Source: Octopus vulgaris
Taxonomy: Eukaryota
NCBI GenBank assembly: GCA_951406725.2
Contig: OX597824.1
Location: forward strand, 1,426,001 to 1,490,000
Length of the DNA: 64,000 nt
Direction of reading: 5' to 3'
Every line of letters begins with the position of its first letter. Positions within the stretch are counted from its first letter, which is position 1. Both the position numbers and the translations under genes were made by a program. The notes beneath the pieces are model-generated. The model did no database searches. It had not been told where the DNA came from and saw nothing but the letters and a program-made list of their open reading frames with translations. Shown piece by piece: positions 1-14,732 of the stretch.

Positions 1-510
1 GTCCTTAACAAAGCGCCTCCATAAGCTGGGCTTTGTGACCAGACCCTGTCAAGAAGCTCCTCATGAACTGACCAATGACCAGGCTGAACTACTTATAAGC
101 ATTCGGAAACAACTCCTGGTCAGTCTTCGGGATGCCACATTTTGGTGTGGATTATGTAACTGGGGATAAAACGTGGATTTATTTTCATAATCCTAGTAAC
201 AGAAACCAATGACTTCCTGTTAGTCTCTTCGTTCAACCTTCAGCAGATGTGGTTTTAACCCAAGGTCATGTGTGTTTCGTGGAATTTCGAGGCGGAGAGG
301 GACGCACTTGGAGATTGTTCCGGATGGCCATGCTGAGAACGGTAAACATTTATGCACAACAACTGCTGCGAGTCTATGATGCCTTGAAATCCGGCATTGG
401 TCAATCAAAGACGCGCATTACTACAACATGAGAATGCCCCACCACACATTGTTACCAAGCAGATGCTTGAGAACCTCGAAGTGCTGGCTCACTCTGACTG
501 CAATTACAGA
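1..510 (+). mobile_element. Degenerate Tc1/mariner transposase remnant
   Basis: Frameshifted mariner motifs: VTGDKTWIYFHNP (~155-195), YAQQLLRVYDALK, LLQHENAPPH (HDNARPH-like), LEVLAH. Confidence 0.8.
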
Positions 511-1545
511 CCTTCGCTCACTCATAATATATGTGTGCATGTGTGTGTGTGTGTGTGTGTTTGTGTGTATGCGCACACACACATACACATATTCCAGGTC
601 ACTGTTGTCTCCCTTGCAACCAACGCCCTAACCCAACATCTTTCACTTCCGGTCCTTTCGACATGCTCTAACCGTTTAATACAGACCCCTTCCCCCAACT
701 ATCCTTTGCATGGAAAGGATAGATGGAGAGAGACTTCTATTTCTTCTCGAGCCTTATCTTTTCTTTTAACTCTATCTGAACGTATGTATATCTGTAAGCG
801 CGTTCAGGCTTGTGTTGATTTATAAAGTGGAACGTTCTTTTATAAAATATTCTTTCATAGCATCTCATGTTCGACTCATTAGCAGAAAATGATTATTTAA
901 TATAAATATATGTGATTTCTATGATTTCATTGCAAATTATTCATGGCCCAACCATAACTCTCAGATTTACATTGTGTCTAATCTAAAAATGCTGAGAATA
1001 TTTTCCTGTATTTACAGAAGTATAGAAATTGGCATGCGCGTTTTCGATCCGTTTCCGTTGTCCGTGTTAATTGTACGTTTTCCAATGTCTCGAATGGCCG
1101 AAGATCACAACATGAGATAATTCGGCATTTTTAATCAGTTTTTCTCTTTTGAATTGCATAACAAATAACAATATATTTCTGAAACTAGTTGAACAATACG
1201 TCCTTCCCGGATAAATCGCTATTAAAATTACACAGAAATATACAAGGAATAGTAAGATGCAACGGATACAGTGTAACACAAATATGTGTCTTGTGTTTGT
1301 GAAACATAAATAAATTGCTTTCAACAATTCCATATTTTCAATACGTGTTCTCTATTTACATTCCCAATAAAATAAAATAATAAGCAAAATATTTCACAAT
1401 CATACTGGAGCTGAAAATTATAAAATATTTACAAGGATATGTATATATAAACATATATGATTGTACATATGTGTGTGTGCACGCGCGCACGTACTACATA
1501 TACACACGCACTCACATTAAACTCATATACACAGACATATGCATA

Positions 1546-1577
<32 letters not shown>

Positions 1578-1587
1578 ACACACACAC

Positions 1588-1641
<54 letters not shown>

Positions 1642-1648
1642 GTATGTA

Positions 1649-1705
<57 letters not shown>

Positions 1706-1739
1706 ACACACACACACACACATATATATATATTTGGAC

Positions 1740-2120
1740 TTTGGGTATATGTCTCGTAGTATGCCGATTAAAGCACTTCCAGTGCTTAGGCTACCTGATG
1801 CCATCCACACTTACGATATAATTGTCACTGAATTTACGTCAGGAGTTCCGCAGTGTACGTTGAATGGAACAGAAAAAGGATTTAGCCAGAATCTTTATTC
1901 AACACAACGATCGTTTCGACCCATCCTGCATCTATCATTTACAGGTGAAACATTGTACTGTCAGTTGTGTTGTATCCATCAATGCAAGCTGTGTCTTGTC
2001 ACGTGTCCTATTTAAATAAGACACCTCCCTACATATACTAAGTTTCGCTTGGCATGTTGTGGTCGCCTGTAGTATGTTGGCTCCACTAACAGAGCATGGA
2101 AACAACTTTGGGGTTATAAG
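1740..2120 (+). mobile_element. Highly decayed Penelope-like fragment (GIY-YIG region)
   Basis: Reading FRLACCGRL*YVGSTNRA at ~2043-2096 resembles the PLE C-x-C...YVG-T-R motif; upstream LHLSFTGE resembles the PLE linker. Confidence 0.4.
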
Positions 2121-2449
2121 CCATAGATGGGTCTGGCTATAATTTACAATGAATGCTTAACAAATTACTGTAATAGAAAAGAGGGAATGCCAGTCCAGCG
2201 CCTAATAAGCCGGCTCAGTCATCCGTAACCGACAGGGGACAGGCTTCCTCTGCTTCTGATATGACCGTTTCGGTTGTTTATGATCACATTCAGTGATACA
2301 TCCTCAACATGAAGTTGCATTGATGAATGCAACACTACCAGCTGTACAATGTCCCACCTGAAAGGGACAGATGCAAGATGGGTCGCACCGATCGTTGTGT
2401 TGAGTAAAAATTCTTGCTAAATCCATTTTTCGTTTCCCTAATTCAATAA

Positions 2450-2529
<80 letters not shown>

Positions 2530-2575
2530 ATATAAATATAAGGTTGAAAAGGAACACACGAATTGATATATATTG

Positions 2576-2800
2576 AAAAAAAGTCAAGGTAGAAAATGCT
2601 AAAATAATTTTATAAAGACATTTCAGTACTGCCACTTGTATTTGAACACTATACAAATATTCTTTTAAAAAAGCTTTTCTTTTAATTTTTCCAAATTCAA
2701 TTGTTAACCATACTTACAGTTGAAAAAGTCTCAATGACTGAAACCGGCACTGAAATGTTTTTTATAAAATTATTTTGGCATTTTCTACCTTGACTTTTTT
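2576..2800. repeat. ~54-bp inverted repeat around a hammerhead-like motif
   Basis: aaaaaagtcaaggtagaaaatgctaaaataattttataaagacatttcagtac (2576-2629) is the near reverse complement of 2747-2800. Confidence 0.85.
2717..2752 (+). ncRNA. Minimal type-I hammerhead motif, U3:A8 variant, cleavage site mutated
   Basis: cag-TTGAAAA-agtc(tcaat)gact-GAAA-ccgg-CA-ctg; the opposite arm reads ...gTActg, suggesting an ancestral UA site. Confidence 0.6.
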
Positions 2801-2830
2801 CTATATATATACATACATATATATATACAT

Positions 2831-2980
<150 letters not shown>

Positions 2981-4084
2981 CATACACACACATGCATACA
3001 AACATACTTATAAATCACGATTAATTTAAAGAAACTATTGAAATACGCTCACGCAATTCACACCGAAAACGTGTTTCCAGTTACAACAGAGAAGTTATTG
3101 TTTTATGCCATGTGTTAGTAACATCATTCTCTTTCTTATTAAGTTGTTTACTATGGAAAACCATTCCGGCCTTGTATCGCCGAGGTATATGAAGACATTG
3201 TCACAGTAAGGAAAGACTAGTAAATGTTTAAAGTAGTCGTCAGCTTAGGAACTGATGTAGTGAACTTAACTTACTTGACAACTGACGATAAAATTGAAAG
3301 GGTAGATTCACTTTGAAGAATTATTTAGCTTTAAGTAATGTTGGAAGTATCTTAACGAACAAAGAGATTGACTTCTTTCTAGCAACAGGAATATTGTTGA
3401 ATATGCTTCCATCTTTCCTAAACTCATTTTGAAATTGACATTCCAACTCGCTCTTACTCGAACGTTATCCGCATCGAAGCAGCGTATAAGTCGCACGTAT
3501 TCCTGTTTTATCCTCAGATATTCTAGACTTAATAGACAGAATTTTAGGAAGCAAAATTCTTTATTTTTAGATGTCGGTTTTAAGATTAAAGAATGGTTTA
3601 CACCTAAGTAATTCTATATCTTGTTTGATGGATGCTGTTTGACAAGGAAAATAGATGAGAGACGCGCAGTCGAACTTAATGTTTTCAATGGTGAGTAGAT
3701 TTCGTATATAAATAGAGTTATCCGTGTTCTTTGATAAAAATCTTCGTAATCCAGCCTTCGTTTCCTATATTTTTTCTGAGTTCTCTTTAGTCATCACAGA
3801 TTATACACACGCGCGCGCCGGCATACAGTCTCACACACGCACACATACAGACACATATACACACACACGCATGATCATACACACGCGCGCACAAGCTTAC
3901 ACTCACACACACGTACACCCATAGACACACGTGCGCGGGGGTGTGTGGCTCCGATATACATGGAAAGTTGTGCATATCTGCGCAGCATACAAAGTTTCGC
4001 CGACGGAAAGCACGCGATCCGTGGCTTCGTTTGTCCAAACTTATTTTTGTGGGGAATGTGTGTGATTGTGTGTGTATATATTCT

Positions 4085-4492
4085 CTTATTCTTTCATTTG
4101 TTTCAGTCATTTGACTGCGGTCATGCTGGAGCACCGTCTTTAGTTGAGCAGATCGACCCCAGAACTTATTCTTTGTAAGCCTAGTACTTATTCTATCGGT
4201 CTCTTTTGCCGAACTGCTAAGTTACGGGGACGTAAACACACCAGCATCGGTTGTCAAGCAATGTTGGGAGGATGAACACTGACATACAAACATATATACA
4301 CACATACATATATATAGATACATATATACGACGGGCTTCTTTCAGTTTCCGTCAACCAAATCCATTCACAAGGGTTTTTGTTGGTGCGAGGCTATAGTAG
4401 AAGACACATGGCCAAGGTGACCCGCAGAGGGACTGAACCTGTATCCATGCGGCTGGTAAGCAAGCTACTTACTACACACACACTCCTGCGCC
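4085..4492 (-). mobile_element. tRNA-derived CORE-like SINE (family A) with internal microsatellite
   Basis: Minus strand starts aggcgcaggagtgtgtgtgtagtaagtagcttgc...ggttcagtccc (A/B boxes), then caccttggccatgtgtctt; related copies at 28095-28460, 52960-53490, 54570-54930, 56915-57100. Confidence 0.85.
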
Positions 4493-4512
4493 TATATACA
4501 TAAATACATATA

Positions 4513-4553
<41 letters not shown>

Positions 4554-4626
4554 TTTTGCGTGTGTGTGTGTGTATATGTTTATATCCATCTACCAATTTC
4601 TCTCTCTTTCTCTCTCTCCTTTTCTT

Positions 4627-4674
<48 letters not shown>

Positions 4675-4779
4675 GTTTTACATATAGTATATATTAGTTA
4701 CAGAATACTTTTAGTAAAAATATACATCATTGAAACAAATTACTTCTACAAAATACATTTGCCTCTATTCCCCGCCCCC

Positions 4780-4906
4780 ACACTCGCACATACACACACT
4801 CACACATACGTTCGCACGCAGACACGCACACACGTCCTCGCGCACACACATACACACACATACACATACCCTCATGCAGACACACAGACACATATGCTCG
4901 CACGCA

Positions 4907-4940
<34 letters not shown>

Positions 4941-5140
4941 CTCGCACGCACATATACATGCTCGCACACGCACACACACGCACGCACACATACACACACA
5001 CATGCTCGCACGCACACATACATGCTTGCACACGCACACACATGTACACACACACACACACATGCTCGCACGCACACATACATGCTCGCACACGCACACA
5101 CACACACAATCACACTCGCATGCAGACACACACACTCGCA
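4780..5140. repeat. (CA)n-derived minisatellite with recurring cacatgctcgcacg unit
   Basis: catgctcgcac recurs about 6 times inside CA runs. Confidence 0.8.
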
Positions 5141-6377
5141 TATTCTTTCTTGAAATTGGTTGTCAGCAAATATGCTCCATTCTTCTTTTTTGTTGTTAGT
5201 TTTTTACTTTTCAAATTACGAATTGTTTTCCTTTTCCCCCCATTTTGGTTCTTATATTTCCTTCAGAAAATTTAATCTCCGGTAAAAGCGAAAGAAAAAT
5301 ATACTCAACAGACTTTTATTTATTCTAGCTTACAGTAAACACAGCTATAAAGTCAGACACTAAAATATTTCCACGCAGATGATCAGCCCAGGAGGGCCTC
5401 GAAGATCGGAGAGATAAAGAAAATTTATTATTTCGATCCAAACACAACATAAAAATCCTCATAAAGGAACTGCGAAACTAATGCTAAAACCGGAACATAG
5501 TCTTTAAGTATAAATGTATGTCTTATTTGAGTGTATATGTGTGTGTGCATTTTATGGTGTATATTCTTGTGTTTAGGCGTATAGAATAAGTTTTATGAAT
5601 GAAAATACAGACATACACTCACGCACATACAAATACACGCATATATACTCACACACACACACACATACACACTCACAGAAACGCAGACACACACACACAC
5701 ACGTATTGAAATACGCACAAGGCGAGTGTGTATATTTATCACAGACGGCGGCGTATACCAGAATACCTGTAGAAACTAGCTTCACATACCTGTGCTCACG
5801 CAAGGACATATAAACTGATACACTTTGCTAAAAAGAGAAAAGAAAAGAACGAAACGCTTCACTTTATCTCCATAAACCTCCTCACTGCCACTGGGAAGTA
5901 GTTAATATTTAGAATATTGAATTCTTATGTTGAAAGTATTTTAAAAGGAGCCAAAAAAAAAAAAGTGTGTTCTGACATGTATTTCATATTTCCTGTCATC
6001 GGCATCTTAACAGAAGGCATTTATCTTCTAATCGATATGGAGAATACACAGAGGTTACTTCTGGTCCCAAAATGGATCCTCAATCCATTACGCATATTAG
6101 GATTCGATGTTTCGATCAGGCGGATGACGGACTCTTTGAATGAATGTATGCAATCACGACCGGATTCCTTCTAAACGTTATTCTTGGAAAGAATCTTCCA
6201 AACACAGCATCTTTGAAATGGAGATACAATCCATACAGCAGGATTCCGGATAGTTTCCGCCCATTTATTTACACTCCCAAGCCATGAGTTTGCTAGACCT
6301 TACAATAAAAGACACTAAATTTAAGGAGAGGCTATTTTAAATTTGTTAGAAAGCACTAGTTTTAATCGCAACTGTTT

Positions 6378-6419
<42 letters not shown>

Positions 6420-7322
6420 CACATACTCACACACACACATATGTATATTTCGCTATGCAATGTGGGCATGTGTGTTCGCGTGCCTGTATGTGTATATACA
6501 ATACATAGACACCTACATAAGTATATCCGTTTAATAGTGTGATACGTGGTGGGTTTGGCTGCTTCTTTTCTAGTTATTTGAACGAACACGTAATGCAGTG
6601 ATGTTCACTACTGGAAAAATTTAGAAAATATTTGAATATATTTGTTGTTACATTTCTTAATTGCCTTGAACGTTTAAAAATAAAAATATTTTTTGTTATA
6701 TTTATTAATTGCCTTTTCCGTTTAAAAAGTATTCGTTATATACTTTATTATGGTTCATTTTATTATATTTTCTGTACAAAAGCTTAGATCAACTTTATAG
6801 AAAATTTCATTTTTACTTCGCTGAATCCACCGAGAAAAAATCTCAAATAACGCACAAACAAACAAACCGAGCGGAAAAAATATTTCAGCTTTTGTTTTCT
6901 TTTTCTTTCTGTTTTTTTTTGCTGCTGTCTGTTATGACTGACCCAACCCAAGATATAAGAAGGAGTATTCCTTGTAATAACACATCGACATCTTTAATAG
7001 TTCGTACGTTTACTGAAGAAACAATCAACACAGAATAATTACAGTGCTTCATCTAATTAAGATTTGTGATATTGTCTTTATCTAAATAGCGATTAGGACC
7101 GCCACAAATACAGACTTTTTTAAAATGCAAACTCGCTTACACACACGCACAAGCACACACACATAAACACACGCACACACATACACACACAAATACACAC
7201 ACAAATACACACACACACACACTCACACGCACATACACACACCTAGCCATACATATACGTTTGAATGTATGTCTATATGTAATGTAAACCTACATATATA
7301 CACTTACAAACACACACATATA

Positions 7323-7380
<58 letters not shown>

Positions 7381-8386
7381 ATATATGCATGTATATATAT
7401 ATGCATATATGTATATAAATATATATGTATATATATATATATACACATATAAATACACATACATATATAAATACACACACACACATATATACATACATAC
7501 GCACACGTATGTATATGTAAAGCATGTACACATTTTTATATGTATATGCATATATACGTAAATATGTATACATAAAAACTAAATATATCATATTCATGTA
7601 AATATTTATACGAATATAGATTTATATATATATATATATATATTTGTATATTAATATATAGACATATGTTTATATGTATATATATATTATATATATAAGT
7701 TTAGTTAACATAAATATATATAGGTATATGTGTGCGTGTATTCGTGTTTGTGTGTTTGTGTGTATGTGTGTGTGTGTGGTTGTGTGTAACCTAAACTTAC
7801 ACATATACAATAAACTTGACTGCGTTTATTTTTTTGATTATTTACGACAATTAGTTTGTAGTCATTGTAAACAAACATCGTGGCATTTTAGGACAAGCGT
7901 CCACGTTAAAAAAAACTACGTAAAAACATAACGAAAGAATTCAGATTCGAGCGATTAAATTAGAAAACCTTTTAAAAAATAATTGCTATATCAAATGATG
8001 TTTATTGCTATGAAGTACGAAAATACATTTAAAATAAAGAAATTCCGTCTGGTATTTGAAAAAAAATATATGAATATTTATTAAATGTATTTTGGAGTGT
8101 TACTTTTTTGAACATCCATAGATTTAATTTTCTATTTCATTAATAATTTTCTACGTCGACTTATATTTTCTTTTAATGTATTTTCTTTCGCCATTTCAGA
8201 AGATAAAACAGAAATAATCTATGTGAAGTTTATATACGCAATTTCTTTGTATATGGGATGAAAAATGAATAAAAAATAGCCCAGTTATATTTACTTAATT
8301 TTTGTTATAAATATAAACTTGATAGCGCAAAAGTAAATTATTGACAGCGAAGTAAATGGAACGAAACATTTTTGCACTACATTGTC

Positions 8387-8441
<55 letters not shown>

Positions 8442-8449
8442 ATATATAT

Positions 8450-8514
<65 letters not shown>

Positions 8515-8539
8515 GTATGTATGTATGTATATATATGTT

Positions 8540-8577
<38 letters not shown>

Positions 8578-8613
8578 ATATATACATATATATATACATA
8601 TATATATACATAC

Positions 8614-8665
<52 letters not shown>

Positions 8666-8667
8666 AA

Positions 8668-8870
8668 GGCACGTGGCTTAACGGTTAGGACATTCAGCTC
8701 AGGATCGTAAGGTCGTTAGTTTAATTCCCGGCGACGCGTTGTGTCCTTGTATTTCAAAGGGCCAGCCTTGTGACTCTGTGGGTCACGCTGAATCTCCCTG
8801 AAAACTAAGTGAGGGGTACACGTCTCTGCGGAGTGCTCAGCCACTTGCACGCTACTTTCACAACTGAGTG
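8668..8870 (+). mobile_element. tRNA-derived SINE (family C), internally deleted
   Basis: ggcacgtggcttaacggttagg...gtttaattcccgg head, gtgtccttg; body gccttgtgactctgtgggtcacgctgaa shared with 44477-44760. Confidence 0.75.
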
Positions 8871-9001
8871 CTCCTTATATATATATGTATATATATATAT
8901 AGATATAGATAGAGAGAGACAGAGAGGAGAGAAAGAGTAAGAGAGAGACAGAGAGAGATGGAGAGAGAGGGATCCATATATATGTATGTATTATGTGTAT
9001 G

Positions 9002-9060
<59 letters not shown>

Positions 9061-9198
9061 GGGTTTGTATGATTGTGTATATTATTCAAGGAAATTCCAA
9101 CTCTGTCTGTTTTTTATGTTTTATTTATATTCTTTATAATATTAATGTAGAATATATAATATATAGGTCCCAGGTTGTGACAGGAGTGTTTCAACTGT

Positions 9199-9245
<47 letters not shown>

Positions 9246-10742
9246 CGACGCCCGTACCCTTTTGGTCTGATATGTAAGTACATATTTCTTTAAATTTGGT
9301 ACCACTCTATAACACTGTTTCTCTCTCCCCCCTCGCCTACATTTCTCTGCCTTTCACACTTTGCACTCCACTTTGATCTGTCTCTTTCTCCCTCTCTGTC
9401 TCTACTTCTCCTCCTTTTCTCTTTTCTCGCCTCTGATTGTTTGGTCTCCTCTTCCCCCACTCTCTCACATTTCTCTGTCTTTCTCACTTTGCACCTCACT
9501 GATTCTGTCGCCAAGCCAATCCTTGGCACGCTCTCTTTCTTCTCCCCTCTTTAATTCCTTCTTTCTCTCTCTTCTCCCCTCTTTGGTGCCTTTGTCCCTC
9601 TTTTTCTCTCTCTCTTTGATTCCTTTGCCCCCTTTTTTTCTCTCTCTTCTCCTCTCACGTGACCGCTGGTCAACCAGCCTTTCGGCTTCCGACCACCGCC
9701 ATGAGAACATCGTTTTCTTCGTCTGCCGAAAAAGGCATTTTTTCCAAATACGCCAGCTAAACTAAGTTCTACTGTCTATAGTCGTAAGACACCCGCTGTT
9801 TTTGTCCTGTTATTATTATTATTGCTTTTTGTATTTATATTCGTGTGGCATCGTCCGTTTTTCTGTCCATGTTTCGTATACATTCGATCCTTTTTCCAAG
9901 AAATCTAATGCTCGTAGCTTAGATTTTCCTTGGGGCTGGCCGGATCGGAGCGATCTGAAGATTAATCAGCCGAAATTGCTAGGATGATCCGGTTCTTGAC
10001 TGAAGATTAGAGGCTTCCGTGTTTTTTGTATCGTCTTCTAAATGTTTTGCGTTCTTGTCCCAGTTTGTATTTTTTTACATATATACATACATATATACAT
10101 ACATACATATATACTAGATACATGTACTGATAAATATAATCCCACAGACACAGGTCTGAAATCTATAGGAGTAAGTACTTGAATTAGATATTGCTATTCA
10201 GTCTTAGTTCAGTCATAAGGAATCACATTTACGAAATGATATCAAAACGTTCCCAGACACTAGTTCTGCAGTGTGCCAGCAGATGTCAGCATATGGTTGC
10301 GTGCGTAGTGAGAGCTAGTAGTGGTATCGCTTCTACACCCATCCTGTTCGTCAGATTTAGTACCTCGGGGCTACCATCTTTTCCCCAAGGTGAAAATGCA
10401 GCTCAAAGGTCACCGTTTCTACACTGTTGTCGATATCCGGAGCTAATATAAGAAGATCTTCGGATCTGGTCGGGGTTTCTCTGGGAACCTCTGATTCAAC
10501 CCTATTGCTTGGAAGCTGTGGAAAATATCTCATATTCTAACTCGGGCCAGACCAAAGCTTACTGAGTGGATTTCGTAGACAGAAACTAAAAGAACCGGTC
10601 ACACATGGGCGCGCACACGTGTGTGAGTATTAGTGTGTGTCTGTGTGTACGTTTGTGAGTATGTGTGCGTGTGTATGCACTTATACCACACCACCGCTTT
10701 TGCTTACATGCACATAGTGTAGCCGTTCGGCATAAAGAAAAA

Positions 10743-11092
10743 CGCCGCCGCCGTGGTGATCTCATTCTCGCTCACAACATCATAAGCGGAAAGTGTAACC
10801 TCTCTAAAGAGCTGTTCTTCCAGAGCGTCGGCTGCGGGGTCATTCCGAAAAGCTCTACCTGCGACGATTTCATCTCAATCGAAGGAGAGGAGCTTTCTCC
10901 GTCCGGGTTGCGGATCCGTGGAACAAGCTGCCAGACGAGATGGTGAAGATGCCGACGACCGCTTTGTTCAAAGTCTCCCTGGACCTCAAGTGGCCTGCAC
11001 TCTTTACATGAACACCACCCTGTACTTAACTCCATGTCCCCCTACATGGCCTTGCTATTTACTTTTGAGCCAAAAATTAACTAACTAACTAA
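10743..11092 (+). mobile_element. CR1-like LINE 3' end
   Basis: RRRRGDLILAHNIISG, then FSVRVADPWNKLPDEMV...FKVSLD in another frame, followed by a (TAAC)n tail. Confidence 0.8.
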
Positions 11093-11609
11093 GAGATCGA
11101 TGGAATAAGTATAAGGCTAGGAAAAAGAGAAAAAGGACTGGAGGCGATTCATTTGTTTCAACCCCAACTTGGCTGGTGTCTAATGACTGGAACGTGTAAA
11201 AGATAAATTTACATCCATATATACGTATATATAAGCCATACATGTATGTATGTATGTATGTATGTATGTATGTATGTATGTATGTATGTATGTATGTATG
11301 TATGTATGTATGTATGTGTGTGTGTGTGTGTGTGTGTGATTCACATATACAGAAAACAAAAGACAGAGACAGTTGAATGAACAGCAAGCAAGTGTATTGG
11401 TTTGACGCTTGTGAAAAATGGAAAAGTCTTCGCCGTTTCAAGTCTACAGAAAGAGATGAGAGGGTGAAAAATGGAGAGAGAATGAAAAAATAAAATACGG
11501 GGAGAGAAGAAATTGAGTCCGGGTTCAACATGATGAAATGACCGGAAGAAAGAGGCTGATGAAAGGGAGATAACAGCGACCCGGCTGAAATGGGATGCGC
11601 AAGCGCGTT

Positions 11610-11706
11610 GTGTGTCGATAAATTAAGTACCAGTGAAACACTGGGGTCGATGTAATCGAACATCCCCCTCCCCCAAATTTCAGGCCTTGTGCCTATAGGA
11701 GAAAGG

Positions 11707-11760
<54 letters not shown>
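11610..11760 (+). mobile_element. 3' half of family B SINE with (ATT)n tail
   Basis: gtcgataaattaagtaccag...ctggggtcgatgtaatcga...ggccttgtgcct followed by (att)n. Confidence 0.8.
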
Positions 11761-11762
<2 letters not shown>

Positions 11763-12739
11763 GCGTTTTTTAAAAATAATATACAGCTAATTTGTCATAT
11801 ATCAGCTCTTAATTTTTTCCAGAATTAACACTGTATGGAAACTACGAAATCCTCTGTTGACAGCGGAACCTGTCTTTAAGCTTTGGTTTATTCGTGGACA
11901 GCTTTGATAACCAGATCTACACATGAGGGTAATGTAAATGTCCCTTGGGAATACATTAATGCTATTGTTTCACCTTATTTTTCAATGTTTAAAATAGTAA
12001 TTGATTGAAATTGGAAAATAAGAAATGAGTATAAAGTTTGGTTGTTTGCACAAGTCATTCAAATTTAATTCATTTTTTAAAGTCGATTGTAAAATAACCC
12101 CAAAAAAACCAAAAAAACAAAAAAAAACAACATATTATTTCAAAGTTCATTTGTTTGGTTCTTGCTACTCTTCAATATTATTCCTAATATAATTTTTTTT
12201 TTGTGTTTGAATAGAAAAAAATATATTTGTTTATATCTCATGTCTGATGAATGCCAAATAAATAGACGGAGGTAATTTATAGCTGACATGAGAATGTCAG
12301 GTAATTTCTAGGTGGCAGACGTGTATCAAAGCTGACAAGTGTACGTCAGTTTCACTGGCATGAAGAGTAACATAAGCGATGGAAGAGAGTGTTGGCTCGA
12401 AAGAGCGGATCGATTCAACGTTGCACTTGCAACTATCTTTTTTAGATCGTTCCTACTGATTTCAAGCTTTGCTGATAACAATATCAACCGTTTTATCCCT
12501 TCAGGTGTGTTAAACAAAGAAGCATTGAAGAAAAGGAGTCGATAAAATTGATTGTGTGCCTTCGAAAAGTTTGTGGTGTTATGCCTATGCTATAAAATAA
12601 AGGGCCAATCAAGTAGAGATAACAACGGTGTCGACCAATCCACGTCCCTCAAAACATTATTAACAATTCTACTAGTTCACCGAGTTGACTATAACAATAA
12701 TAATAATAATATTCATCTCTAAGGGTTCATAAAAAACAT

Positions 12740-13110
12740 TGGAGACGGTACTGGAAGGAGGCTGGACGATCTTTGCACTCATCCGATAACCGGATCCGTT
12801 GTGAACGTGACAGAGCGTGTTAGACATAAACATGAAAATCAGCAATTCTGGGGCACTGAACGAGAGCGTGCAGGAAAGTTTCATTGCTTTGCGCGTATCT
12901 TCAAGCAAGGCCCGCTGACTTTCATGCCTGTCGGCTTTATCCCGAACTGGCAATGTTCGATGTATCACTGCCAGACCAGGGGCTTTTGCAGATTATCCAT
13001 GCACTTAGCGGCATTTCGCCCATCTTTACTTTTGGAGCCCAAATTCCTCCAAAGTCTATTGTGCCCTTCATCCTTTCGCGGTCGGTGTAATCGAATAACC
13101 TCCTGACCCA
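12740..13110 (-). mobile_element. Decayed Tx1/L1-like LINE ORF2 C-terminal fragment
   Basis: LPVRDK and, after a frameshift, NETFLHALVQCPRIAD; matches the 40914-41772 copy. Confidence 0.75.
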
Positions 13111-14563
13111 AATTTCACGCTTTGTGCTTGGAGTAGAAAGTATTATTATTGATAGTAGCATTATTATTAGTATAGTTAGTATTGTTATTATGATTGCTGT
13201 TGTTATTATAATTTTTTTTATTGGTGTAGTGGTTAGTGTGTTGCGCTCACGATCGTACGACCATGGTTTCAATTCCTAGATAGGGTGTTCTTGAGCAAAG
13301 CTCTACATCTCACGTTGCTTTGGGATCCCTTCGACACCTGACGTGTGGTACACTGTGCACCTGTTCAGGTAACGTCAATTTGATGGATGGCGGGGGCTAA
13401 TATACCGCACATACATTTGATTATTACGAAAGAAATCATTTGTGGAGGTCTTTGGGCAAAAGGTGGACGCGTATGCGTCGTCTTCGACGGGACAGTACTG
13501 CATCATTATCATTTATTGTTGTTGTTGTTGTTGTTGTTGTTAGCACGCCCGCTCGACACAGTAGTTGGCGGCATTTCACTCCTCTTTACGTTCTGAGTCG
13601 AAACTCTGCCGAGGCAAACTTTGCTTTTCATCTTTCAGAATCGATAAACTCGGTACCAGTTGAGCCCTGAGTCGAGTAGACCACCCCCTCCAAATTCCAA
13701 TCCTTGCACCTATATCAGAGAAATTATTAATATCATTTTATAATCGTTAACGCCTCCGACAAAATGCTTAACATCACTTCTGCCGGCTCTGTACTTTCGC
13801 AGTTCAACTGATGCCGAGATCAAATTTCTTCATGGTCGATAGAAGCGATGAAGAAAAATGCTCGGAAGATTTGAATTAACCAACGTAAAGAAATGCTACA
13901 AGAAGTTTGCTGCAAGAAGTTTGTAGACTATAGTCTGTAAACAACCGATTCCCTCATGTAGCATGCAGAAGTACATTTCAATTAATTACAGGTGGTAGAT
14001 GGTTAGATAACAACCTAGCACTTTAGAAATGTATTGTCTTGCAAAAGTGTACACGCTCCAACATGAATTAATCTAAGTTCCTAAAAAAAAAAAGAAAAAT
14101 GAGTTTCATACCATGGTTTCAATTCACATTTTCAATCGCTAGTTGAAGTAATTTCATTTCTTCCATTAATGCTTGCGAGTGAAATATGAATGTGACAGTT
14201 TCCAATTTTTCCACGAAAATATGGAGCCTCTGTGGAAGGTTATTTCCATATACATTCAGTTATTACTCGCCGTGTTGAAGTTTACAAGTTAGCTTACTTC
14301 ATAGATTTACGGCATTTCGTATTTCAGTTGAAGGAAGTCTTAAAAGCAAAGTAAATCATTTGCTCTGGTGAATGAGGAAAAAAATATTTACGATAAATAT
14401 TGTATTGCAAAAGAAAAAATAAGTTTCTCTTGAGAGAAACCAAGAAATCCTTCTAAAGACTCCATTAATAAAAACACATTTAAACTTATTTCTGCACGCA
14501 CACTTGTAGGTATGCATTTGTGCATGGAAATATATTGCAGTCATTGTTTACTTCCTATGAATG

Positions 14564-14658
<95 letters not shown>

Positions 14659-14692
14659 TATGTATATATATATGTGTGTGTATATATGTATG

Positions 14693-14732
<40 letters not shown>

